Notes under the pieces: model-generated
Seen by the model: only the letters and a program-made list of their open reading frames with translations
Databases searched by the model: none
What the model was told of the DNA's origin: nothing
Assembly: GCF_000143415.4 (NCBI RefSeq)
Contig: NW_003314331.1
Span: 622,164 to 686,163, forward strand
DNA: 64,000 bases
Direction of reading: 5' to 3'
Source: Selaginella moellendorffii
Taxonomy: Eukaryota; Plantae; Lycopodiophyta
Translations under genes and position numbers: made by a program
Shown here: positions 11,331-22,116 of the stretch, in pieces
How positions within the stretch are numbered: position 1 is the stretch's first letter
Layout of the letters: every line of letters starts with the position of its first letter

Positions 11331-12282
11331 ATGAAGGCTTACAGTAGCAGCAGCAACGGGCAGCACAAGAAGGCTTACAGCGGCAGCAGCAACGGGCACT
11401 ACAGCAAGGCTTACGACGGCAGCAGTAGCAACGGGCAGGACAAGAAGGCCTACGGCGGCAGCAGCAACGGGCAACACAATGTGTTCACAAAGGAAAAGCC
11501 CAAGGAGGTGGACATTTTTGCAATCGAGAACCCTGCCGAACTCATACGAGCAAGGTAACCGAGATTGAGTTTGATGTTTACTTGCTTTTGTTTGTAACAG
11601 GTACCAGATCATAGGAACTCATCGTCCGGGTGAGAAGGAGGGATTACTCATCGACCAATGCAGAAAATGTAAGGAGAGAGGCCACTGGGAAAGACACTGC
11701 AAGGGGGTAACAAAGCTCACGAATTTTCCAGATTTGACTTTTTGTTTCTTCTTTTAGCCTGGAGTGGATCCTTTTGCTCATGAACAAAAGAAATGCTACC
11801 TCTGCCTAGCGAAGGGACACGACACGTATCAGTGTTCAAGAGATCCCCTGCGAAATGAGGACTGGGCAGAGAGGACTTACACTGGACCAATGAAGAGACT
11901 TGATCAACAGGTTTGTATCAGTTTCTATTCTCTGTTTCTTTGTATGTTTATTTGTGTACGTTTTCAGGTGGGTTATATCGTCCAGGGAGCAGACTTCCCG
12001 CAATACCATCCTCGTTTCTGCGTCCAACGGATTGAATACGAAAACCTCAAACGGATCTGCAAAAAACATCCAGACTTGGGAATCTTCATTGTGCCTCGGC
12101 CACCCTGCCCTCTTGCATCTCAAATCTGGGAATATTTTCAGCGACTGGATGAAGTTTTATACGAAGCAGGCCTAGGCTTCGAGTTTTACAGATCCGATGA
12201 AGAAGTGCCTCCAGGGTATGACCGGTATGCAGCTGCAGAAGAAGCATATATTGAAGAATTGAAAAATGAAGCGAAGCATTGA
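11331..12282 (+). CDS. Zinc-knuckle protein copy ZK2 (4 exons)
   Basis: Same exon structure as ZK1; four N-terminal repeats; both CCHC knuckles intact; no stop or frameshift in exons. Confidence 0.8.
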
Positions 12283-12499
12283 AAGGTGATGTGTTTTAAT
12301 AAAGTAATAGAATAAGTATTATAGATGAGAAGACCTTTATAAGTTATTTTTCGTTTTCATTGATGGGATTATTTTCGCATTAATTAAAACTAGCTAATGT
12401 TTATGTTTAAAACTAGTTTAACGCCTAGAGAGATAAAAAGAAGGTTCTTTCTGGGAGAGTGAAGAACTCCTCCTTCCCGCTCAAGCGTTTTAGGGTTCG

Positions 12500-15400
12500 C
12501 ATTGGCGCTGCGGAGCTGGAAGCGGCGGGCGCTGGATCGTTGGCGCTGCGCGGCGGGCGCTGGATCGTCCCCACAAGAGGCAAGACTGCATTTTGCGAGA
12601 AATTTCTGGCCTGAATCTTGGCGTTGTTGGCAGTAGAATCGCCGAAATCTTTGCTCGCCGCTTCCCTGGTAGAAATCTGGTGCTTTTGTGTCTGTGCCTA
12701 GGCAGCGCAGCGATCCATGGGCCTACGCTTTCATCGAGCTGGAGAGGTCGCAGCGCGGCGCTGGTACTCACGGACCGCTGCCGCCGGATGAGGCGTTGGT
12801 GCCTGAAATGAAGCTGGTGTTGCGCCATCATTCCAGCCGCTGTCCAAAGCTTTGCTACCTCGACAAGGCCGCGGACATTGGTCGTCTGAGGAGCTGCGAC
12901 GCAGTAGAGGGTATCCTAACGGCGATGCACGAAAGCATTCAGAGGAGGAACAACAAAGTTAGAACTTTTCACTACACCAGTGGGAAAAAGTCCAGTAGGA
13001 GCTGCAAGAATCGATCGTTCAGTGGAAGCTGTTACAGGGACTCGCCTCGACGTTTTCATCCTTCATCCTTCAAACTATACGAGCTAATCAGGTACCAGCC
13101 ACAAGCTTTTTTGTTATCTTAGTTTCATCGCATTAAACTATGAACACTGCTACAGGTCACTGTGCTGATTGGTGAGACTGGCTCTGGGAAGAGCACTGGA
13201 CTTATGCAGTATTTATGTGATGGTGGTTTATCGAGCAACGGGAAGATCCATCGTTTGTACACAGCCAAGGAAAGTAGCAGCATTTGCTCTTGCACGACGG
13301 GTTGCCGAAGGATGCCGCTGCTGTTACGAGAAGACGAATTCCATTGGCCTCTTGGGATACAAGGCTCAACAAGACCTTGCCAAAATGGTCTACACCACGG
13401 ATCACATACTATCTTTTGGCTCGAAATCTCGACCAATTCAGCTGCATTGTTGTGGACGAGCAGGGATTTACTCCTAGCAGTACTGAAGGAATGTTGACGC
13501 GCACTTGAGAGTCATCGTCATGTCAGCTATAGCCGATGCCGAGCTTTTCAGCGGCATCGAACAAGCACCACTTGTCGTTCCTGGAAGGAAGTTCCCGGTT
13601 GAGATCCACTACGAATTGCGCGAGAATTCAACCACGTAACAAGGACAATGGGAAGTGTTTGCAAGCTTCACAAGAAGGCCGATTGAGGAAGATATATTAG
13701 CTTTCCTCATGTCCCAAGACGGATATCGAATGGGTCTACAAATGATTGCTTGTGCTGCCTCTTCATGGAAGGCTTCGTCAAGGGGATCAGCAATTGGTAT
13801 TCGAGGCGGCACCACCTGGTACGGGAAAGATAACGGGAAAGATAGTCTTTGCAACAAATATCTCCGAGACGTCTTTGACGATGCCAGGAATCAGGTACTT
13901 CAAAGTTCTTTTTACGATAATCTTCCTTGAAGCATGTAGCTGATACTCGCTTTCTCGGCTTCTAGGTACGTGGTGGATCCAGGATTGTCAAAGCAAGCCA
14001 TCTTTGATCCACAGACTGGGATGACAACGCTGGAGCTTACGGCAATCAGTCAAAGCTCCACGACTCAAAGAGCTGGTCACTAGTTTTGGTGTCTGCTACA
14101 AATTGTACAGCGATGAAGACTTTGACGACATGGCTTTGCTGGGGACTTCTGAAATTTCCCGCTCTCACATGGGGATAGTAGTTCTCAAGCTTCTGGCACT
14201 AGGCGTACAGGACGTGGAAAACTTTGACTTTGTGGAGCCTCCCAGTGCCAGTGCTATCAGTCACGCAATGACAAGTTTGCAGCGGCTGGAAGCCATAGCT
14301 AAGGATGACGAAGTGAAGAACTGGAGGCTCACGAACTTCGGATTAAAACTGGCCACGATAGGAGTGGAACCACGGCTAGGCAAGATCATTCTCGACTGCC
14401 AGGCTCACTGTTGTCACCTGGGACGACCATCTTGGCTAGAGTTTGCGGCTAGAGTTTGCGGCAAAAACCAGAGCGGACTAGCTTGAGCAGCCACACAAGG
14501 TCCAGGATCGAGAGTCGCATGAACGAGCTTATGCATGCAGCGTCTGGTGGTGGAAACTGTCATGACAACTGTGGCGAGACAGAAGCGCTGGCTTCAGCTG
14601 GGATTTCGAACGCCCGTGACTCTGATCGGGTCTGCCGGAATGGTGAAAGAGATAGTGGCGCCTGGATCGTTCACGAGCGTGGAGGCCCGCTATGCAGACA
14701 CCTCGAAGCTGGTTGACAACGAGCTGCTCATTCTCTTCGACGAGTGCAGTGAAGGCATCCACAAGTTTTTTGGAGCGTCACCTCAGACAAGGTGGCGTTT
14801 AGATCGTGAGCTTCTGCCCAACTTGCGCTGAAACTCGGGGTCCAAGACGCACAATGTGACACTTTCAAGGCTGCCAACAGTCTGCTTATCACTCCCGTGA
14901 CGGAAACCTAACCAGTGAGCTGCGTTTGCTGCTGTATCTCATGGTGTCGTCTACGAGCTAGTTGCCGAGTGCGATCCTGGAGACATCGATGCCGTGATAC
15001 TTTCATGTACAGGAAAAGTCGTCTGTGGCTCATACGTTACGTGTAAAGTCAGCCAGCGCTCACAGTCCGGTGTGTTCATCTCCGGCTTCACCGACCTTGA
15101 TCTGGATCCCGAGAAACTGAAGCAAGAACTAAGAAATTCAACAACACCTTGAGTGCCGTAGGGCCTTCCCTCTTCGGCTGTACACAACAAGAGAAAGAAA
15201 AGAAAAAAGAAACCATGGCAGCCAGAAGCCAGTAAAAACTGTGGGAGTTTCATGTTCTCGGGAAGCCAGTCGGGCTCGGTTCGAGCGTTGATAAGCGACA
15301 CAATGGCACTGCACAGGCTTTGAGTGGGAAGAAGATGATGAAGGTTATCGTGCTTCATGGGAAAGCCGCGGGTGAACGCTCTGCAAGTGGGTACCAGCGG

Positions 15401-16009
15401 GTCTTGGTGCTGGAACAGACAAGTTTGAGGTTGAGGTGATTGATGCGTTCGGAGGCTTGTCGGCCAAAGCTTGGATCGGGAATGATCACGACGCTGCAGC
15501 GCGTGGTCTTGCTAGCCTTGAAGGCACGACTCCCGATGTACAAAACTGAGTTTTGGGGCTCGGTGCTCGTCATCATTCCCGTCTATACTTTACTCACGGC
15601 TGATAGCGACAAAGAAATGAAGAAGCACGGATAACACAGTTGACTTTGAAGGTATGCTGCTACTCTTCATTCATTTTTCACTCGGAAACCACTTTGTGAA
15701 GGTGTCTCCCAAGGTGTATGGTAGAAGCGAATGTGTGGAGAAAGCAAAGCAGGAAGGAAGCAAAAGAACAAAGTAATCCAGTAGTGGCAGTTGAAGGAGC
15801 AAAGGATTCTCCGGTGTGTTTATGCCAGATTGTCAACACTCACGCCATCGAAGGCTGCCAGGAGGTGTTCCTTGTCGTCGACTTTGCAGCCCTGCTCAGC
15901 AAATGGACGAGCTGTGCAAATCTTCCGAGGGAGTTTTTGTGGCCATGAGCTTACTAGAGCTAAAGCAAATCAAAAGATAAGTAGTTTGCTATATATAGCA
16001 TTAAGTTAG
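12500..16009 (+). pseudogene. DEAH helicase-RBR pseudogene copy H2
   Basis: [50 protein letters not shown]2 segment FDFVEPPS...LTNFGLKLATIGVEPRLGKIILD, RING-like SPVCLCQIV...EGCQEVF; multiple frameshifts. Confidence 0.85.
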
Positions 16010-16228
16010 GAAATAAGTACTAAGATTAAGAGAATAAGAATAACTATACTGTAACAGGTTTTGCATTAATGGTAGAATATTTAAACATACAAAGCACTGA
16101 AGTTTAATATATACACAAGCGGGGTTCCAATCTTCATGTTATCCTTTGCAGTACAAGATGGATGATTAGTGTGAATTCTTGTGGGAGATGAGCCCTCTTA
16201 AGTGACAACACTCTTTAGTGACAATTCG

Positions 16229-17000
16229 ATGGAGGAGGCTATTTTAGATTTGCTATGGTTTTATATTTTTCACTTTGATCTTCTCATGATGAAAATAATT
16301 TTTATAAAGAAGCAAAACACTCACAGGCAAGAATTCATAACATAATATTCTAATGCTTAATTTTTTCATTTGATAAGCATTTTCCCTAAAAAGGAAATTA
16401 CAATATTATAGGTTTAATATTTCTTCGGAGGTGCCATTATTCACAAAGGCATCATGTTTTGTGGTGCCTACTTGTTGGGGTTGTCCATGACTCAAGTATG
16501 AGCTCCTCAATATTACATATAATAGAAAAATGTAAATGATTAAAAATGCATATTATGTAGCAAAAGATGTTTGAAATGTTCAACACCAAATGTTGGTAAG
16601 CAGCACCTAGTATATGCAATTGAGGCATGTAACTCTCAATGAGAGCTTTGAACCTCAATATAACTGTTTGCTTGCAAACTCTATCTCAGTGTTGGAAAAC
16701 TTACACATCTCTTACCACATGATATGCAGCTCATACTCATATCATAAATAACCCCAAGAAATAAATACCATAAAATATAGTGCTTTTGTGGGTGGTGGCA
16801 ACTCAATAGAAGTGTCAAACCCATTGAAAAGAATTCCTTCTCAGGGAAAATGACTACCAAATGAAAAGATTAACATTAAAATGCTATGTTATAAATTCTT
16901 ACCTGCAAGGATTTTACTTCCATATGAAATTCATTTTAAATGGAAAGATTAAAGTGGAAAGCATAAAACCACAACAATTTCAGAACAGCCTCCTCCATCG
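16229..17000. pseudogene. Two convergent, heavily mutated partial copies of the 6414-7130 orphan ORF (about 16229-16590 on +, about 16600-17000 on -)
   Basis: ATGGAGGAGGCT start at 16229 (+) and its reverse complement near 16997. Both align to 6414 onward, with mostly C>T and G>A changes. Confidence 0.8.
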
Positions 17001-17029
17001 TGTTGTTGCTGAAAAGGGCCAAGCGTCAC

Positions 17030-19420
17030 TTAAACCTATTGCTATAGATAGCGAACTACTTATCTTTTTGCTTTATCTCTATAGAGAAAGATCGCTGATG
17101 AGCTTTTGCAGTCCGGACCTGTTCGTGGCCATGCAAACTAGCCTTGCACAGCTCGTCCATTTGCTGAGCAAGGCTGCAAAGTCGACAACGAGGAACACCC
17201 TGCTGGCAGCCTTCGTTGGCGCAAGTGAGCTTGTACTCGTTGACGATCAGGCTGCGTCGACTGCCACTGCCACTGCTGGATTGCTTCGTTCTTCCAGGAC
17301 GCTGTTTCCTGCTTTGCTTTCTCCACGCATTCCTAGTCCCCATGTACGTACAAGGAATGCCACTGGAGCTCCCACTGATTTTTCCAGCCCGGCTAAGTCT
17401 GACCCCGGATTTTCCAACCAGAACTCTCATCATCCCAAGTGGAAGTCAGTGAGATCTGTCGCTCCCTCTGGTTGCATTCATTGCAGCTTCATCCAGCAGG
17501 CCGTCTTCAAAAGGAGCGCCTTCCACCAGTTTATCTAGAGCTGCCTCTGCAAGCTCCAGGATGAGATCTCGATTCGCTTCGTACCATACGCCTTGGGAGA
17601 TACCTTCACAAAGTGGTTTCCGACTGGAAAATGAATGAAGAGTAGTAGCATACCTTCAACGTCGACTGTGTTATCCGCGCTTCTTCATTTCTTTGTCGAT
17701 ATCAGCCGTGCTTGCTGCTCCCTTCCCGGTACACGTCCAAGAGGCTGAACAGGTCTCCATGCTGACAGCAGCGCATCTTCCAGCGGTCTGCCAGGAGCTT
17801 GCTTTTTCAGAGTCGGCTCGGAAGAAGATGATCATCACAGGGTACTGACTTCTCGACCACAACAGTGAGCCTGGCTGTCGAGGATGATCTTGCCTAACCG
17901 TGGCTCCACTCCTATCTTGGCCAGTTTTAATCTGAAGTTCGTGAGCCTCCAGTTCTTCACTTCATCGTCCGCCTAGTGCCAGGTGCTTGATAATCCCCAT
18001 GTGAGAACGGGAAATTTCCGAAGTCCCCAGCAGAGCATTGTCGTCAAAGTCTTCATCGCTGTACAATCTGTAGCAGACACCAGAACGAGTGCGCCCTGCA
18101 CGACCAGCTCTTTGAGTCGCGGCTTTGACTGATTGGCGTAAGCTCAAGCGTTGTCATCCCAGTCTGTGGATCAAAGATGGCTTGCTTTGACAATCCACCA
18201 CGTACCTAGAAGCCGAGAAAACGAGTATCAGCTACATGCTTCAAGGAAGATTATTGTAAAAGAACTTTGAAGTACCTGATTCCTGGCATCGTCAAAGACG
18301 TCTCGGCGATATTTGTCGCAAAGACCATCTTTCCCGTACCAGGTGGTGCCGCCTCGAATACCAGTTGCTGATCCTCTTGACAAAGCCTTCCATGAAGAGG
18401 CAGCACAAGTGCACGCGGCGTATTTGCCAATCACTTGCCATTCGATATCCGCCTTGGTGTAGACCATTTTGGCAAGGTCTTGTCGAGCCCTGTATCCCAA
18501 GAGGCCAATGGAATTCGTCTTCTCAGCGGCATCCTTCGGCAACACAAGAGCAAATGCTGCTACTTTCCTTGGCTGTGTACAAACGATGGAACTTCCCGTT
18601 GCTCGATAAACCACCATCACATAAATACTGCATGAGTCTACCAATCAGCACAGTGACCTGTAGCAGTGTTCATAGTTTAATGCGATGAAACTAAGATAAC
18701 AAAAGAGCTTGTGGTTGGTACCTGATTAGCTTGAAGGATGAGATCCTTTTGGCTGTACAGAGGCAAGCCAGCACGAAGTCACGCTGTCAGATGGAAACCA
18801 TTTGCCCCCAGCTCCATCCTTGGCCTAGAAACAATGATCCAGGCGGCTGTTGTTCATCCCCAACAGATCCATTTACGTGAGCTTCCAGAGTATCTAACGA
18901 GGATGAGACGAGCCCCTGTAGCAGCTTCCAGTGAACGATCGATTCTTGCAGCTCCTGCCGGACTTTTTTCCCACTGGTGTAGTGAAAAGTTCTTAACTTT
19001 GTTGTTCCTCCTCTGAATGCTTTCGTGCTGCTCCCTCATCGTCGTTAGGAACCCTCTACTGCGTCGCAGCTCCTCAAGCGACCAATGTACGCGGCCTTGT
19101 CGAGGTAGCAAAGCTTTGGACCGCGGCTGGAATGAGGCACCAACGCCTCATCCAGCGGCGGCGGTCCGTGAGTACCAGCGCCGCGCTGCGATCTCTCCAG
19201 CTCGGTGAAAGCGTAGGCCCATGGATCCATGCGCTGCCTAGGCACACACACGAAAGCATTAGATTTCTACCAGGGAAGCGGCGAGCAAAGATTTCGACTA
19301 CTGCCGCGAACGCCAAGATTCAGAGAAATTTCTCACAAAATGCAGTCTTGCCTCTTGTGGGGACGATCCATCGCCCGCCGCTTCCAGCTCCAGCAGCGCC
19401 AATGCGATGCGACCCTAAAA
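17030..19420 (-). pseudogene. DEAH helicase-RBR pseudogene copy H3 (inverted)
   Basis: Minus-strand SIVCTQPRKVAAFAL, ATQRAGRAGRTRSGVCYRLYSDEDFDD; shares diagnostic deletions with H1. Confidence 0.85.
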
Positions 19421-19909
19421 CGCAGGAGGAGTTCTTCACTCTCCTTTCTATCAGGCATTAAAATTAATGCGATAAACAATAGTTATTTTTAATTAATGCA
19501 AAAAGTATCCTTCAATTAAAACGCAAATGGAAAACCAGTGGGGGCAGCAAGCCGCGAGAATCTCCCAGATCTTGTACACACTTGGAGCTGTTCGATCCAC
19601 GGAATCACACGGAATTCGGTGCTGCCGCTCCCGAAATCATCAATGTCGTGGCGGAGAGGCTCATGAATCAAGAGATGCGCGGAGAAGAGAAGATGAAAGG
19701 AGGAGGAGAAATTTCGCATGGGTAATTATCGGAAGAACAATAGTTGTCGTGCCAAGATCTCCAAATTGACAGGCGTGCTGGTAGCCATATTGTATACATA
19801 AGAATCTGACATTAAAAATAGAAAGAATTTACTTCTTGGTTTCCTTTCTTTTATAAAAGAAGGAAAATATATTTTATATTAATAAAATAAAATAGAAGGT
19901 CCTGCTTTT

Positions 19910-20560
19910 ACTCTCATCCATCATATCCCCTTAACAGAGGTCTCAAGGAGTTTCAAAGTTGTCTGTCTCTAATGTGTTGCTCCAGATGCTACACATTTTG
20001 AATTTCACATGTTTGAGCTCACAGTCAAATTATGATATTCATGGTGATTTGGGTGAAGAACTAGAGAGTTAAATAATAACCATCACCAAATCTTGGGAGT
20101 GCAACTGGATGCTCACTTGAGTCCTACTTGCTCTATACAATTTCAAAGTAGAACATCCAGCTTTGTGATATGGACCATGTCCATTGTCATTCTTTTCATG
20201 TGAATCTTCTTTTCTTATAGTTTCATACTAATCATATTGCAGTAAGTTGTTTGTGTCTGGGACAAGCCCAAGCAAGGATGTGGTGAAATGGGAACTGCTG
20301 ATATCATACTACCATGTGCACATGATGGTTTCTCAAATAGTGTTTTTTACAAGCAAAACCCTAGCTCAAACATTTTACAAGTCAGAAAAGCATGAGCTTG
20401 TTTCAAGCAGCTGATCTCGAGACTCTTCCAGCCTATGGGTGTGTAGACTGTAGAGTCCAGTGACATGCCTTGCAATCTGGCTGGCTGTAGAGATTTTGTG
20501 TGCTCTCACCCTGTTTGTGCTAGCCCTTTCCTAGATTGTTGCAGCCGCTGAAAGGTTACA
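19910..20560 (-). mobile_element. Possible decayed transposase-like remnant between H3 and ZK3
   Basis: Stop-riddled minus-strand translation includes MDMVHITKLDV, loosely like the CACTA DxMHxxKNV motif; weak. Confidence 0.2.
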
Positions 20561-20894
20561 AAAGTGAAGTATTCTTATTTACCTTAACCTAAGCATATTC
20601 TACGTTTTAATTTTATTCCTTTTTATATATTGATTTTCCACCTCTTTATTTAAAGATGTATTAATTTATCTTTATTTATTAATGATAAAAATAAATAGAA
20701 TATTGAACTTTATATCTTGGATTTCTAGTTGGAGCTATATCTCTTTTAAAGATTATATTCGACTTTTAGGTCTTAAAAGTAGATTTGTATAAGTTGATAA
20801 TATTTTAAGAGAATTCATGAAGTATTATTATTCCCCTTCACATAAATTTGCAGCCTAATATTTATTCTATTACTTTATGAAAACACATCACCTT

Positions 20895-21818
20895 TCAATG
20901 CTTCTCTTCATTTTTCAATTCTTCAATATATGCTTCTTCTGCAGCTGCATACCGGTCATACCCTGGAGGCATTTCTTCAATGGATCTGTATAACTCGAAG
21001 CCTAGCTCTGCCTCGTATAAAACTTCATCCAGTCGCTGAAAATATTCCCAGATAAGGGCCGCAAGAGGACGGGGTGGCTCAGGCACAACCATGATTCCCA
21101 AGTCTGGATGTTTTTTGCAGATCCATTTGAGGTTTTCGTATTCAATCCGTTGGACGCAGAAACGAGGATGGTATTGCGGGAAGTCTGCTACCTGAACGAT
21201 ATAACTCACCTGAAAACATACACAAATAAACATATAAAGAAACAGAGAATAGAAAGATACAAACCTGAAGACAATATCTCTTCATTGGTCCAGTGTAAGT
21301 CCTCTCTGCCCAGTCCTCATTTCTCAGGGGATCTCTTGAACACTGATACGTGTCGTGTCCCTTCGCTAGGCAGAGGTAGCATCTCTTCTGTTCGTGAGCA
21401 AAAGGATCCACTCCAGGCTAGAAAAAGAAACAAAAAGTCAAATCTGGAAAATTCAGAATAAGTGAGCTTTCTTACCCCCTTGCAGTGTCTTTCCCAATGG
21501 CCTCTCTGCTTACATCTTCTGCATTGGTCGACGAGTAATCCCTCCTTCTCACCAGGACGATGAGTTCCTATGATCTCGTACCTGTTACAAACAAAAGCAA
21601 ATAAACATCAAACTCAGTCTTGCTTACCTTGCTCGCATGTGTTCGGCAGCGTCCTCGATTGCAAAAATGTCCACCACCTTCGGCTCTTCCTTTGTGAACG
21701 CATTGTGCTGCCCGTTGCTGCTGCCGCCGTAGGCCTTCTTGTGCTGCTGCCCGTTGCTACTGCTGCCGTCGTAAGCCTTCCTGTAGTGCCCGTTGCTGCT
21801 GCTGCTGTAAGCCTTCAT
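20895..21818 (-). CDS. Zinc-knuckle protein copy ZK3 (4 exons, inverted)
   Basis: Three N-terminal repeats, both knuckles intact. A 2-nt deletion falls inside intron 3 (55 nt), so the spliced frame stays open, which supports the intron call. Confidence 0.8.
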
Positions 21819-22116
21819 CCCCAAAAAGGAAATGTCCAGAACCCACAGGTAGCTATACCCCGTTCTTGAAAAGGTACGAGTTTTAATTCATCCTGTATAT
21901 CGAGGATCCCTTACCTGGAGGACCGAAGCGATGCAATCAAAGAGGGCCTTGAGGAGAGCTTTGGAACATCACTAGATGCAACCCTCAAACGCCTTAAGTT
22001 AGATATGGCCATTTACCCGTCCTGGGCTCGATTCCCGCAGACGACACACAAAAAAAAAAAAGAAAATAATTTTTAAAAAATCCCTGAAGCGCCACTTTTT
22101 CAGCTCTGCAACACCC

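Larger units (their letters stand above)
7735..16590 (+). repeat. Tandem segmental duplication, unit 2
   Basis: Colinear copy of unit 1 with an extra AT-rich insertion (about 8650-10050) and an assembly gap. Confidence 0.7.

Noticed and set aside
11340-11480. CRISPR-like repeat array
   Set aside because: Contiguous in-frame coding repeats without unique spacers, in a eukaryotic context.
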